A DNA stretch of 64,000 bases, from contig CM041465.1 in NCBI GenBank assembly GCA_023213395.1, positions 229,841,741 to 229,905,740 of the forward strand, in the 5' to 3' direction. Below the pieces are notes generated by a model that did no database searches, had not been told where the DNA came from, and worked only from the letters and a program-made list of their open reading frames with translations. Shown here one piece after another: positions 1 through 13,962 of the stretch (positions are counted from its first letter, which is position 1; each line of letters opens with the position of its first letter). Made by a program: the position numbers and the translations under genes. The DNA comes from Cycas panzhihuaensis. Its lineage: Eukaryota; Plantae; Cycadophyta.

Positions 1-201
1 TCAAAACTATTGAAGAAGGAAGGGGGATGTGTTTGCTCACAGGACAAGAAGGTAGAAGCAACAAGCATTATTTAGAAACATAGAACCACAATCCTTTGAA
101 AAAGCAAAGGATCACGTAGAATGGTAAGCAACACTGGATGCTAAAATGGAATTAATCGCCAAAAATCAAACTTGGGAGCTAGTCAATTTACCTAAGGACA
201 A
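1..201 (+). pseudogene. pol: Copia-0 pol fragment (end of INT/RT linker, start of RT), interrupted by Copia-1
   Basis: Translates to ...IEPQSFEKAKDHVEW*ATLDAKMELIAKNQTWELVNLPKD. It resumes as KPVVNCKWIYK after 5422. Confidence 0.9.
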
Positions 202-415
202 TGTTAAAATGTAATGTTTTATCTAGACAAAGAGGGGTCATGTTGACTCACCCCTTAAAATGTAACTCCAAATAGGAGTTGTGACACTTAGCAGCCTCAT
301 GTAGGTCAGTTACATTTCTATTTGTAACGGTCATCTCAGTGATGTATATTTAAGAGGAATGAGACTCCATGTAATATCAAGTTCTGATCTTCATTCATCA
401 AAGCCGGGCTTATCA
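202..415 (+). repeat. Copia-1 5' LTR
   Basis: TGTTAAAATG...TTATCA, repeated at 5230 and followed by the PBS. Confidence 0.93.
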
Positions 416-426
416 TGGTATCAGAG
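416..426 (+). promoter_or_regulatory. Primer-binding site, tRNA-iMet
   Basis: TGGTATCAGAG immediately after the LTR CA. Confidence 0.92.
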
Positions 427-1111
427 TAGGTTATCCTGCCTACTTGAGAGAGGGTCCTTCGTGTGTAATAGAGTCTGTTCTGAGAGAGACAAGGAAGCCT
501 GCAACACAGGAGACAAATTGAAAGTGAAGTGAAGGATCCAACAAATCCAGAAATATACCTGAGGACCACAGGAAGTACCGTACGGCCATCATTTGAATCG
601 CAATCGACGGACCAAAAAAATCAAACTTCTCAAATCGAGCTAAAATTTGGCCAGCAAGTAGATCTTGACCTCCTCTTCAACTTTTCCTTCTAGATCGAAG
701 TCATTTGAAGAAGTTTTGATAGGGTTTTGGACCCTTTATCAGCCACATGGGTTTGGAGGTATTTCAGTAAATTTCTCCCAAACTTTTTGAAATTCCTAAG
801 TCAAATCTGTTTTGTAAACTCAGTGTCTGGGTATTACAAAAGTTTTGTGACAGACTTTGAGGAATTCTATGAAGTATTTTTTAAATTACAAGCAAAAATG
901 TGTTGTGCCCTAATTACGTTTTCCAGTCTTTCGGGTCGATTTTCTCCTCATCCATAAACTGTTTTGGAAAACTAATATCAGATCCGTGATCCTCATCTCA
1001 TAACCTCTCTTTTCAAGTATATATTGTACAATTCCATACAAGTTCAATTCCGTACGGAAATCCGTACCATGTATGGCCTGCACTATGTCTCTTAGTATCT
1101 CAGCTGTCAAA

Positions 1112-4100
1112 ATGGCTTCAGGCCTTTTCTCTCTGCTAGAATCAGAAAAATTAACTGATTCAAACTATCATGTTTGGAAAATTAAAGTAGAAACTGTCTT
1201 AAAAATAAAAAATGCTTGGAATATTACAATTGGGACTGAGACTTGTCCAAAGGACTCAGATGCTAAATTGGCCAACTGGGAAGAAAGAAGCAATATAGGT
1301 GTGCACATTTTGAAAATGTCGATTTCTGGCTCAATTCTGATATATGTTGAAAAGCTGAATTTGTCCTCTGACATTTGGAAATGTCTTGAGAACCTGTATG
1401 GACAGAAAAATAAAGCAAGAATAATTGCTCTCAAGGAAGAATTGTATAGACTGCATATGAAGGAAAATGAAAATGTAACAGATTTTATGCACAAGGTTGT
1501 TTCAATACGAAATAATTTATCAAGTGCAGGAGGTTTGATTTCCAAACAAGAGCTGGTAGAACCAATAACAGCCAAGCTCCCAAAGTCTTTCGATACAACC
1601 ATTAACACCATTATAAATACTGAAAAAATAAATAAAATAACTCTTGATGAATTGATGGGATTATCATGGAGACAGAACAAAGGAATAAGAGATATGAAGA
1701 CTCCTCAGAATTTGAAGATGCCTTTATGTCCAGATTGAACCTGGGCTCACGCAGCAGAAACCAAACCCGTGGACGAAGCATAACACCTGACTTCAAAGGG
1801 TGAGGCCAGTGGCAAGACTCTAGGGGATGTGGACGAAGTAGAGACCTAAGGATTTGTTTCAATTGCGGAAGGACCAGGCACATCTCCAGTGCATGTAGAA
1901 TCTTTGACATATGTTACCATTGTGGATAAGCTGGACATTACCCTTACCAGTACCCTCAGCGAAGAAGTGAGATTCAGAAAGGGAAAAGACCTATTGGTGG
2001 CTACAGCAAAGAGAAAGCAGATGAAGATGAAGAAGAGACTGCCTTCATTGTTGCCTTGGCTTCCAACCTCAAAGACAATGACACATGGTACGTTGATTTA
2101 GGAGCTTCAAGACACATGACCAGTCATGAAGATTGGTTTGAGACATTGGAACCCTATAACCTTGATAGATCAGTCGAAGTGGGTGATAAATATGCTCTTG
2201 ATATAAAAGGAATTGGAACCATTGCTGTCAACTTGCAAGGAAATGTCAAAAAAATCGAAAACGTTTTATTGGTTCCTGATTTAAAAATGAACCTTCTTTC
2301 TGTTTCCCAACTTAGTAAAAAGGGATTGAGAACCATCTTTGATGAAGATGGATACTGCTATATTCTGGACATGAAAAAGAATGGTGAAACTGTTGCAAGA
2401 GGCGTGAGATGTAATGACTTATACAAACTTCTGTCGAATCCTATACTTCCCGACCGAAAAGAAAAGCTTGTAATCGTCAAGTCTAGTAATAAAATTTGGC
2501 ATTTGAAGTATGGGCACCTTCCAATTGAGACATTGAAATTGATGAAAATTTCTAAAATGGTGAATGGATTACCTTGTATCTCTTCTGATAACTTTGTTTG
2601 TAAAAGCTGTCAATTTGGGAAACAACACTGACTCCCTTTCAAGGAAAGCACCTGGAAGACAGAATCAAGGTTGGAGCTAATTCATACAGACCTCTGTGGT
2701 CCCATCTCACCACTTACTATTAATGGATGCAGATATTTTTTGACCTTCATTGATGACTTTACTCGAAAGGTATAGGTCTACTTTCTCCACAACAAATCAG
2801 AAGTTTTTGAAATATTTAAAGAGTTCAAAGCAGAAGCAGAAATGGAGGTAGAAGCAAAAATTAAATGCATTTGATCAGGCGGAGGAGGTGAATATATATC
2901 AAAAGAGTTCCAGAACTACTGCAGAATTCATGGAATCCGCAGACAGGTTACAACTCCATACACACCACAATCAAACGCAGAAAGCGTAAAGAAAAAACAG
3001 AACCTTAATAGAAATGGCAAGAAGCATGGTCTATGAAAAAGGTGTACCAAAAAACTACTGGGCAGAAGCAGTGAGTACAGCATGTTATCTCATAAATCGG
3101 TGTCCAACAAAGGCCTTAAAAAATATCACTCCAGAAGAAGCTTGGACGGGCAGAAAACCTGATGTAAGTTCACTCAAAGTTTTTGGGAGGCAAGCCTTTG
3201 TTCATATACCAGATAAAAAAAGGTCTAAATTAGATGCAAAAAGCATAGAATGTATTATGATAGGATATAGTAAAAATTCAAAGGCCTACAAATGCATAGA
3301 TCCTAGAACCAACAAAATCTATGTGAGTAGAGATGTAGTTTTTAATGAAGGAGATAGTGAATCTGGACAAATCAGAATAATTGACGAAGGAGAGAAGATT
3401 GCCGAACAAGAAATTACAAAGATCGATCAAGAAATTGAGAAAGAACCTACTGCTAAGGTAACAACAGAGGAAGTTTCAATTTCTCTTCCTACATCCAGCC
3501 AAAATCAAACAGGAGTGATAATAAATCAACCGGCAGATGAAACTGTCAATCTAGAAGAACTCGGTACTAAAGAGGCCGCACAAAAACAAAAGAAGCTGCC
3601 CAGATGGTACATTAAAATAATTGAGGAAGGACAAGGTACTGTAATGGAACACAGAACAAGAAGTCAAAAACCTAAAGCCTTGTTAACCAACGTCGAACCT
3701 CAGACATTTCAAGAAGCCCAAGAAGAACAGGTATGAAAAACAGCCATGGATAATGAAATGGACTCAATCAAAAGAAATCAGACATGGGAATTGGTAGAAT
3801 TACCAGTCAATAAATCTGCAATCAGTTGTAAATTGGTCTATAAGACTAAAGAACAACTAAATGGCAAAATAGAAAAATATAAGGCTAGATTGGTTGCAAA
3901 AGGATACACTCAAACAGCCGAAGTAGACTTAGATGAGACTTTCTCTCCTGTTCCTAAAATGAATACAGTAAGAACAGTGATTGCTCTGGCTGCAACTCAA
4001 AACTGGAAAATCTTTCAACTAGATGTAAAGAGTGCCATCTTGAATGGAGAACTAGAAGAAGAGGTCTACATGAAACAGCCTGAGGGATATGTTAAAGCAG

Positions 4101-5222
4101 GACAGGAGAATCTAGTGTGCAAACTAAAAAAGGCACTATACGGGCTGAAACAAGCTCCTCGAGCCTAGTACGCCAAACTAGATTGTTTTCTGGAAGGAAA
4201 CAAGTTTGAACATTGTGATTCAGACCCCAATCTGTACATAAGGAAAAAGGAGGGCAAAGTCACAATAATTGTTGTTTATGTTGATGATATGCTAGTCACT
4301 GGTAGTGATAACAAAGGCTCTGAAGACATAAAAGAACAACTTCAACAAAAGTTTGAGATGACAGACCTAGGTCTTTGGAATTACTACCTGGGTCTGGAGA
4401 TAGGACAACAACATAATTGTATAACTCTATCCCAGAGTAAATACATCAAAAGTCTACTTATCAGATTCCAAATGGAAAACTACAATCCCTGCGCCACACC
4501 CATGGAAACAAATTGTGAATTGATAGTAGATGAAATGGAAGAAGGAGCAAATATCACTGCATGCACAAATGATCTAAGTCTCGATCTACACCGACAAAGA
4601 ACTGTGCCTGACATATCTTACTCAGTTGGACTTGTGTCCAGATATATGCAGAATCCAAAATTAAGACACGGGAAGGCCATAAAACGAATTCTGAGATATC
4701 TTAAGGGTACCATAAATCTGAAATTGGTGTATCCAAAAGGAGGTTCAACAAAATTGTCGGGATACTGCGACTCCGACTGGGTAGGAGACGGGGAACAAAG
4801 AAAGTCCACGAGTGGATACTGCTTTTCCGGGTCCTTTAACAATATCATGGTGTAGCAAGAAGCAAGCCATTGTTGCATTGTCTTCCATCAAGGTAATACA
4901 AAGCGACTATTGCGAGAATGTGCGAAGGTGTTTGGCTAAGACAACTTCGCTTGATTTAGAACAACAACAGAAAGAAGCAACTCCTCTCAAATGTGATAAT
5001 CAGAGCACCATCAAACTGACTAAAAATTCAGTCCTTCATGCAAGAACCAAGCATATAGAAGTTCATCATCATTTCATAAGGGAAAAAGTACACAACAAGG
5101 AAATTGACTTACAATATTGTTCGTCTTCAGAACAAGTTGCAGATCTTCTGACAAAATCTCTTGGAAAAGAAAGATTTCAATATCTAAGAAACAAACTAGG
5201 GTTACTGGAGATAAAACATTAA
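1112..5222 (+). pseudogene. gag-pol: Copia-1 gag-pol polyprotein with stops and frameshifts
   Basis: Gag (KLTDSNYHVWK), PR (WYVDLGASRHMT), GAG-pre-integrase (WHLKYGH..CKSC), INT ([14 protein letters not shown]), RT (QLDVKSA, YVDDM) and RH (CDNQS, TKHIEVHHHF). Confidence 0.93.
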
Positions 5223-5229
5223 GAGAGGG

Positions 5230-5422
5230 TGTTAAAATGTAATGTTTTATCTAGACAAAAAGGGGTCATGTTGACTCACCCCTTAAAATGTAACTCCAAA
5301 TAGGAGTTGTGACACTTGGCAGCCTCATGTAGGTCAGTTACATTTCTATTTGTAACAGTGGAATGAGACTCCATGTAATATCAAGTTCTGATCTTCATTC
5401 TGTCTAAGTCAGTTTTCTATCA
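5230..5422 (+). repeat. Copia-1 3' LTR
   Basis: Copy of 202-415 with a net ~24-bp internal loss and a different U5 end. Followed by TSD GACAA. Confidence 0.92.
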
Positions 5423-7050
5423 GACAAGCCAGTGGTTAATTGCAAGTGGATATACAAAATAAAAGAAAATGTTGGTGGCAGGATAGAAAAGCATAACGGC
5501 AGACTCATAGCAAAGGGTTGTACTGAAACAACAGGGATAGGCTTCAATGAAACATTCTCACCTGTTGCCAAACACAGCACTATAAGAACCATAATTGCTT
5601 TGGCAACCCAAAACAACTGGAAAATCTACTGATTGGATGTAAAAAGTGCCTTCTTGAATGGTGAGCTAGAAGAGGAAGTCTATATGAGACAGCTAGAAGG
5701 CTACATTAAAGAGGGTCAAGAAAATCTTGTGTGCAGATTGAAGGAAATATTATATGGGTTAAAGCAAGACCGAGAGTCTGGTACGGATAATTTTCTTTCA
5801 CAAAATGGTTTTCTCAGATCTAGCTCAGATTCTAATCTATACACAAAAAAGAGAATTGGGCTAATCATAATAAATGTGGTCTATGTGTGGATGATATGAT
5901 TCTCATAGGGAGTGATACAAATTAGTATCAAGTATAATAGGTCAGCTAGAAAAAAGCTTTGAAATGATAGATTTGGGACTTCCAAGTTACTGTTTGGGAA
6001 TAGAAGTCAATCAAAGCAAGGAATCAATTACATTGTCTTAAAGCAAATACATCAAAAATTTGTTGACTAGATTTCAAATGGAAGATTGCAACAATTGTGC
6101 GACTCCCATGGAAATCAATTGTGATCTGGTTCCAAGTGATGGAGAAACTACAGTAGATGCAACTCTATACAAACAACTAATTGGAAGTCTAATTTATCTC
6201 ACTGCAATGAGACCAAACATCTCTTACTCTGTGGCTTTAGTCTCAAGATACATGCAAGAACCCAAGACAAGACACTGGAAGGCAGCCAAGAGGATACTCA
6301 GGTATTTGAAAGGAACAACCAATCTGAAACTTGTCTATCCAAAAATCAAATCAGACAAGTTAAAAGGGTTTTATGATTCAGACTGGGCTGGAGACAAAGA
6401 AAACAGAAGATCTACAAGTGGACATTACTTCATCCTAGGATCAACAACTATCTCCTAGAGCAACAAAAGACAACCAACAATTGCACTTTCATCCACTGAA
6501 GCTGAATACAAGTCAATTGTCAATGCTACTTGTGAAGTAGTCTAGCTAATGCAACTTCTACAAGATTTAGATAAACAATAGCAAGGAACAACAACTTTGT
6601 TTTATGATAACCAAAGTGCCATAAAATTGACCAAAAATCCTATACTTCATACACGAACAAAACACATAGAGGTGAATCATTATTTCACTCGAGAAAAGGT
6701 GCAAAACAAAGAAGTTGACTTGACATATTGTCCTTCAAATGAGCAAGTTGCAAATATCCTAACAAAACTGCTCAGCAAAGATAGATTTCAGGTTCTTAAA
6801 AATATAATAGGATTAAAAGGATAAAACAATAAGAGAGGTTGTTAAGATATAATGTTTTATCCTAAGGGTACTTTGAGGGTAATGTTTCAATCCCTCTTTT
6901 ATGTAACTCCTAATGTAACCTAGACACTTGTCTAACACGTGTCATCTATACTTATATCAGTTACATTTACTCATCTATATTTAACGAGGCTTCCTCCCTC
7001 ATAATATCAATCAAGTAGTTTTGTCTTGCATCTAGGTCTCAAGTTTATCA
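5423..7050 (+). mobile_element. Copia-0 3' part (RT, RNase H, PPT, 3' LTR 6840-7050)
   Basis: RT/RH ORF pieces at 5432-6824, PPT AAGAGAGG at 6831-6838, LTR TGTTAAG...TTTATCA similar to the Copia-1 LTR. Confidence 0.9.
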
Positions 7051-7309
7051 ATGGTAACACGGAATTGATGTAAATTGTGATATTGCTTAATAAAATAAAC
7101 GAGTTATATGGAAACTATGTCTCATATGTTATATGTGATTGGTTTATGATGATGTAATGGTTGATAGTGTTGTGATTAATGTGTTATTATGGGCTTATGT
7201 GGCATAATGTTGTATGAGCAACTCAAATGTTGACAAGAAGCCCCAAACCTAGACTATCGAAAGTGCCTTTTAACAAGTGATCCCTACAAAGAACAAAGGG
7301 AAGTCAACA
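7051..7309 (+). repeat. 3' part (R/U5) of a tRNA-Glu-family Gypsy LTR into which Copia-0 inserted
   Basis: Has AATAAAATAAACGAGTTATATGGAAA, TGTTGAC, CTAGACTA and ends in AAGTCAACA, all matching the U5 of elements A and B. No PBS follows. Confidence 0.75.
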
Positions 7310-8208
7310 CCCATGAATTTGCTTCTTTGGAAAATATTTGAGGAATGAATTGGGGTCTGCAACTCCACTGGGATCAAACTTATAAATATTCACAAGAGAG
7401 AATTTACACGAGGCAAACTTCTAAGGAAATATTTTAGGAACAAAGCGATCTCCGCGGCTCCACCAAGCTTGAACCTATAAATATTGTCCAAAATACATAG
7501 AAATAAGCCTTAAAACAAATTACGACTTAAGGATAAAATTTCTAGGAACCTAATACCACACGCTTCCTATTAAGTATGACCATTCTACAACCGTAATAAC
7601 AATTTGAAGTGAATAAATAATTGGAAAATAGATTTTCTATGCAATTACTTCAAACATATAATCCACAGGTTTTAAGATCAACTCATAAATATTAACCCCA
7701 GAGTAATTTCGTATGGAGATAAATGATGGGTATTAATTAAAATCCAAGATCTATTAAGTTCATTCTGGTATAGATGTAATCTAATACATGTATTGGCATC
7801 CTAACAAAGACAAGATCATTCAAAGAAAGGAGAGATTACAAAATAATGTATTTTCCTTGTGAAAGGATTCTTGTATAACTATAATTAAAATCATTGTATG
7901 AAAGCCCTTGATTCTATTCAAGTCATACTACTGTAGAATCTAATTCCAAATTTTTGACTTATTATGACGAAGTTGCATGTAATAGTAAATGCAATGAAAT
8001 AGCAATGATTTGAGACCTCTAGTTAATACTTTTTGCTTGATTTTTTATAGAGACAAAATGGGAGGAGCTAAGGTGAAGAGAAAATGTATGATGGATGAAA
8101 GGTTACAACTATTTGAATTCAAGCTATGTAAATCAGCCATGAGGGAGGAAAAGATGTTGCAAATTAAGGAGAAGTAGAAGAATTACTGATGATTTATTAT
8201 GAGAGATC

Positions 8209-8212
<4 letters not shown>

Positions 8213-8246
<34 letters not shown>
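8213..8246. repeat. (TA)17 microsatellite in the Copia-M 3' LTR
   Basis: The 5' LTR has only (TA)5 at 13252-13261. Confidence 0.95.
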
Positions 8247-8249
<3 letters not shown>

Positions 8250-8379
8250 TAACATATTGTAACCGTCATGTGTTTGAGTGACACGTGGCAAACACTTGTC
8301 CTATGATACATAAAGAGGGGTTTTACATGAACCTCACTTACACATTCCTAGATGAAACATTATATTCCAACAACCTCTC

Positions 8380-11300
8380 TTAATGTTTCATCCTTTCAAT
8401 CCTATTTTATCTCTAAAAATTAGGAACTTGCCTTTGCTAAGAGGCTTTGTTAAAATATCTGCAATCTATTCATTCGTTGAACAGTATGTTAAATCAATTT
8501 CTTTGTTTTGCACCTTTTCTCTTAATGAAGTGGTGATGCACTTCAATGTGCTTTGTTCAAGCATGGAGAACTGGATTCTTGGTAAGTTCAATAACACTTT
8601 GATTGTCACAAAATAGGGTGGTTGACTCATTTTGTTGTTGATCTAAGTCTGATAGCAGTTGTCTGAGCCAAACTGCTTCACAAATTGCACTGACCACTGA
8701 CTTGTATTTGAATTTTGTAGATGATAGAGCAATTGTAGGTTGTCTTTTGCTACTCCAAGAGATTGTTGTTGATCCAAGGAAGAAACAATAACCACTTGTT
8801 GATCTTCTTTTCTTTCTGTCTCCAGCCCAGTCTAAGTCACAATATACAATTAGTTTACATGTTCTCAATTTTGGATATGTGAGTTTTAGATTAGTTGTTC
8901 CTTTTAAGTATCTGAGTATTCTTTTTGTTGCTTTCCAATGTCTCACCTTTCAATCCTATATATATTTTGAAACTAGACTTACTGAATATGAGATGTCATA
9001 TCTAGTTGCGATGAGATATATCAAGCTACCTATCAGTTGCCTGTACAATGTTCCATTAATTACAGATTCACCTTCATCTGGAGTGAGATCATAGCCTACT
9101 TCCATATGAGTGATGCAACTGTTGCTTTCTTCCATCTTGAATTTCAATACCAGATTTGCAGATTTTTAATGTATCTAATCTAGGACAAGGAAATTGAATC
9201 TTCCTTTTGACCAACCTCTATCCCTAGATAGTAGTTCAACAGCCCTAGATCCGTCATCTCAAAGCCCTTTTACAACTGAGTCCTTATATTGGCTATTGAC
9301 TCAATATCATTACCTATGAGAATCATATTATCTACATAAATTGTAATGACAGTGATTAGTCCTTGTCTTTTTTTTGGTGTATAGATTAGAGTTAGAGCTG
9401 CACCTACAAAAGCCATTCTGGATGAGATATTTGTCTAACTTTGCATACCAGGCCCTTGGGGCTTGTTTTAGCTCATACAATGCCTTTTTCAGCCTGCAAA
9501 CAAGATTTTCTTTCCCATGCTGGACAAATCCTTCAGGCTATCTCATGTAGATTTCCTCCTCAAGTTCACCGTTTAAGAAGGTGCTTTTTACATCCAACCG
9601 ATAAATTTTCTAGTTGTTCTAAGCTATCGGGGCTATTATTGCTCTTACAGTGTCCAATTTGGCTATTGGTGAGAATGTCTCCTCATAGTCTATTCCAGCA
9701 ATCTAAGTGTATCCTTTGGCTACTAGCTTGGCCTTATATTTGCTTATTTTTCCATTAGCATCTTCCTTTATTTTAAATACCCACTTGCAATTGACCATTG
9801 GTTTTCCTGCAGGTAAATTTACTAGTTCCCAGGTCTGATTTTTAGACATTGACTCCATCTCTTCATTCATTGCAGCTTCCTATTCTTTGTGTCCCTTTGC
9901 CTCTTCAAATGAATGTGGTTCTGTGTTAGTGAATAGTGCTTGATCCCTTTGACTTCTTGTCCTATGTGTATACACATCTCCCTTGACTTCCTCAATGGTC
10001 TTAAGATACCATTTTGGTATCCTTTTTTCCTTCTTTTTTTCTTCTTCTTCAATGATTGTATCTATAGAAGGCAATCCTTCTTCTCCAGCAGTAGAAATTT
10101 CATGAGATCGCGATGCCCTCTCTGAATCATTTGTCTCTATGTCTTCTGAGGTGATTCCAAAGACTTCTTCAGCTAGAGGTTCTACTTGTAAAATTTTCTT
10201 GGGTGCTTCTTCAACTATCTATTGAACTAGGGTGTCCCTTATGAGATCAACTTCATTGAAAACAACATCCCTACTTATATAGACCTTATTTGTTTTAGGA
10301 TCTATACATTTGTAGGCTTTTGAATTTTTACTATAGCCTACCATTATGCATTCTTTGCTTTTAGAGTCTAGTTTTGCTCTCTTTTATTCTGGTATATGGA
10401 CAAAAGCTTGACATCCAAAGACTCTTAGATTACTTATATCAGGTTTGGTTCCATTCCAGGCTTCTTCTAGTGTAATTTATTCCAAGGCCTTTGTAGGACT
10501 TCTATTTATAAGATAACTAGTTGTGCAGACTACTTTAACCCAATAAATTCTTGAGATCTAGCTTTCTTTGATCATGCTACGAGCCATCTCCATGATCGTT
10601 CTGTTCATTCATTCGACAACTCTATTGGACTGTGGTGTGTATAGAGTTGTGAATTGTCAGCGTATTCCATGTATCTTGCAAAAATTCAAAACATCCTTTG
10701 AGATGTATTTGCCTCCACCATCTAATCTGACACATTTTATTTTGGCTCTAGATTCCAGTTCAACTTCAGCTTTAAATTCTTTAAATTTTTCAAAAACTTC
10801 GGATTTGCTCTAAAGAAAATAAATTCAAGTTTTTCTAGAAAAATCATCAATGAATGTCAAAAAATACCTTGCACCATTAATTGAGCAAGGTGTGAGGGCT
10901 CTACATAGATCAGTATGCATCAATTCTAGCTTGCTTTGAGCTTGCCATTCATTTAATTTAAAAGGAAAATGATGTTGTTTCCCGAGCATGCAACTTTTGC
11001 AAATAAGATGTTAAAATGAAATATTTAGAAGACCATTAACCATTTTAAATTTTTGCAACTGCATAAATATGTCTGATGAGATATGCCTATACTTCAAATG
11101 CCATAATTTATTATTATCAACATTGGCTGCAATACATGCCTTTACATTGACAGTCATAGGGTTAGAAAGTAACCTATATAGGTCATTACTTTCTATACCT
11201 TTTGCAATCACAACTCCACTCTTTTTCATGTTTAAATACGAAAATATCCATCTTCATCAAGCACAATCCTCAACTTTTTCTTTCTCAGTTGGGAAACAAA

Positions 11301-12464
11301 AAGGAGATTCTTTTTTAAGCCATGAACAAATAGCAATTTACAATTTTTTGTATACCTCCTTTTATTTTAATTGCTTTGATATTAAGAGGATATTTATCCC
11401 CTAACTCAACAAACTTGTTTGAGGTGTAAGGTTTTAGTAATTCAAACCAGTCCTCTCGTCCGGTCATGTGTCTTGATGCTCTGGAATCAGTGTACCACAC
11501 CTCCTCATCTTCGAGACTTGCAGTGAGTGCAAAAATGAAGACAGTTTCTTCTTCATCTTTGTCATTTGTTCTCGGCTATAGTTTCTTGCAGGGCATTTTC
11601 CTTTTTGAATTTCAACTCTTTTCTGTGGACATTGATATGGATAATGCTCGGTTTATCTACAGTGGTAACAAACATTAAAGGCTCTACAACTACTGGAAAA
11701 GTGCCCTGGTTTTCTATAGTTAAAGCACACTCTGCCTTCTCTGGGGGGAGTGTTGTATCCTCATCCTCAGTTGTCTTGCCATCTCCTGCAAGATGAGCTT
11801 TTGGTATCTGGAGCCCTAGCATGACAGCGAAATTGCCCCCTTCCTCTGGGTCCTAAATGAAGTTTGGTGACAAAGGCATCCTCCATCTTCGTTGTATCTT
11901 CATATTGCTTGTTTCTTTGCTCTTGTCTCAACAACAATCTTGTCAATGTATTAATCTGATCATTATTAGTGATTGTGTTGATTGTAACATCAAATGATTT
12001 CGGGAGCTTGTTTGCTACCATTTCGACAATCTCTTATTCTTCTATTTTGCTCTTGCACTTAACAAATCATTTCTAATTGGAACAACTATATGAAGAAACT
12101 CTGAAATTGTTTCAGTTTCTTTCATGTGTAGCTTAAACAGATCTTCTTTCAAGGCCATGATCCGAGCCCTATTTTTCTGGCCATACATAATTTCAAACAT
12201 TTTTCAAACTTCTAAGGACGAGTTCAAATTTTCAACATAAACAACAAGTGGATCTAAAACGAAGAGTTTTAATGTGATTAATCCTGCATTATCTCTCTCT
12301 TCCCAACTAAGTAAGTCAATGTCATTAGGTTTTGTTTCTAAACTTGTGGCTATCTTCCATGCATTTTTGGCTCTTAGCAATGTTTCTACTTTGATCTTCC
12401 ATATATGACAATTGGAAGCAGTAAGCTTGTCCTAATCAGACAAAGCTAAGACAATGGAAGCCAT
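8380..12464 (-). pseudogene. gag-pol: Copia-M gag-pol, degenerate
   Basis: Fragments WYTDSRASRHMT, WHLKYRH, RHWKATKRILRYLKG and CDNQS in the ORF track. Confidence 0.9.
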
Positions 12465-13962
12465 TCTAAATGTTGAGATCAAGGTCTAAAACCAGAGATA
12501 GTGTTTAGTTGTACAAATGTACAGATTTCTATACGAAAATGAGGGTGTACAGACTGGTAAGAAATGTACTTCAAATTGAAGTACTTCACAAGAGGATTTC
12601 AGACCTATGATTATTTTTTGGAGATGGTTTTCTGTTAGAAGAAAACTGCCAGAAAACTTCAAATGGGCGGCTAGGTTTTTGAGGAAAAATCCTTTTAAGC
12701 CTTCAATAATATTCAACGAAATTGGAATTGATCTCTTTGTAATGCAAAATCAAACAGATTATGAGTGATTTTACTGAAAATCTAGAGAAATTTTTGAAGA
12801 AATCTGAGATTGGAGGTCCAAACCTACACAAATTGAAAAAGGGGTAAAACTCCCTCAAGATGACTTCTAATGACTTTGTGTCTGTTGATAGAATTGTTGT
12901 CTGTATTGAGATTTACCTTTTGGCCAAGTTTCATTGAATTCTGAGCACTTTGATTTTTCACATCTATACGGGTCTGTACTGGTCCATACAATTCCGTACA
13001 AGATTGAATTATGTAGCCTTCTTAATCCTCTGGAGAAATCTAATCTCGTTCTTCTCCTTCTTGATCTTCTAGAGAAATTTGATCTCGTTCTTTCCTTGTA
13101 TTACCTCTAGCCTCTGATTTCTATTTCAAAATGACTCACACAAACTACAAATTCTTCTTGTCAGATAAATAGGCTAACCTACTCTAATACCATGTTGCAA
13201 ATCAGAGAGAAGTAGAAGAATTACTGATGATTTATTATGAGAGATCAACTCTATATATATACAATGACATATTGTAACTGTCATGTATGAGTGACACGTG
13301 GTAGACACTTGTCCTATTATACACAAAGAGGGTTTTACATGACCCTCACTTACACATTCCTAGATGAAACATTGTATTCTAACAAAAGAGGGATGAACAT
13401 GCTTTGGAATCCTAGAGCCTTAGTTGAGTTCCTGGTCAGAGGAATTCTGGAGCCATGGTTGGATTCTTGGAGTTGTTCAACGTCTCGAGGATGCTAGTTA
13501 TTACAGGGCTCGCCACTAGAGCTAAAAAATGCCAAATCAGGCGATGCTAAGAGTTTTAAAAGAGCCCGATTTAGGCACGATTTTATTGATTTTCTATCAG
13601 ATATTCCTCCTCTAGCTAATAATAGTTACACAATATTTTTCAGATATGTATCCAAACTATATAATTAACAAAGCAATTGACATTTTATTTAAAACGAATG
13701 TAATGCGCTAAAAGCAGTTACTCTTCTTCTACATTCACTTGTCTCTTTTAATCAAAAAAACTTATAATAGAATAATGCAATATATAAAGAACTATATTTT
13801 CTATTTTATCTGTAATTTATTGTTATGTCATATTATCAACTGTTGAATAAATCTTGTTGGGAGATAGGCATGCCACAATTATTTACTAACCATGTTTGTA
13901 CGTTTGTGAGGTAGAGGAACAGAAAAACTGCTAAGAACAATTGCAATCAAGGGGAAGAGAAA

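Larger units (their letters stand above)
202..5422 (+). mobile_element. Copia-1, full-length Ty1/Copia LTR retrotransposon nested in the Copia-0 RT
   Basis: TG..CA LTRs at 202-415 and 5230-5422. TSD GACAA at 197-201 and 5423-5427. PBS TGGTATCAGAG at 416-426, PPT AAGAGAGGG at 5221-5229. Domain order is GAG-PR-INT-RT-RH. Confidence 0.96.
8155..13384 (-). mobile_element. Copia-M, full-length Ty1/Copia of the same family as Copia-1
   Basis: LTRs at 8155-8372 and 13193-13384. TSD AAAGA at 8150-8154 and 13385-13389. PBS (reverse complement) ends at 13192, PPT follows 8372. Decayed gag-pol at about 8380-12464. Confidence 0.95.

Noticed and set aside
8040-13520. Host exon split by Copia-M (acceptor-like TTTTTTATAG at ~8050, resuming at 13390)
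   Set aside because: The frames I translated contain stops and show no recognisable protein similarity.
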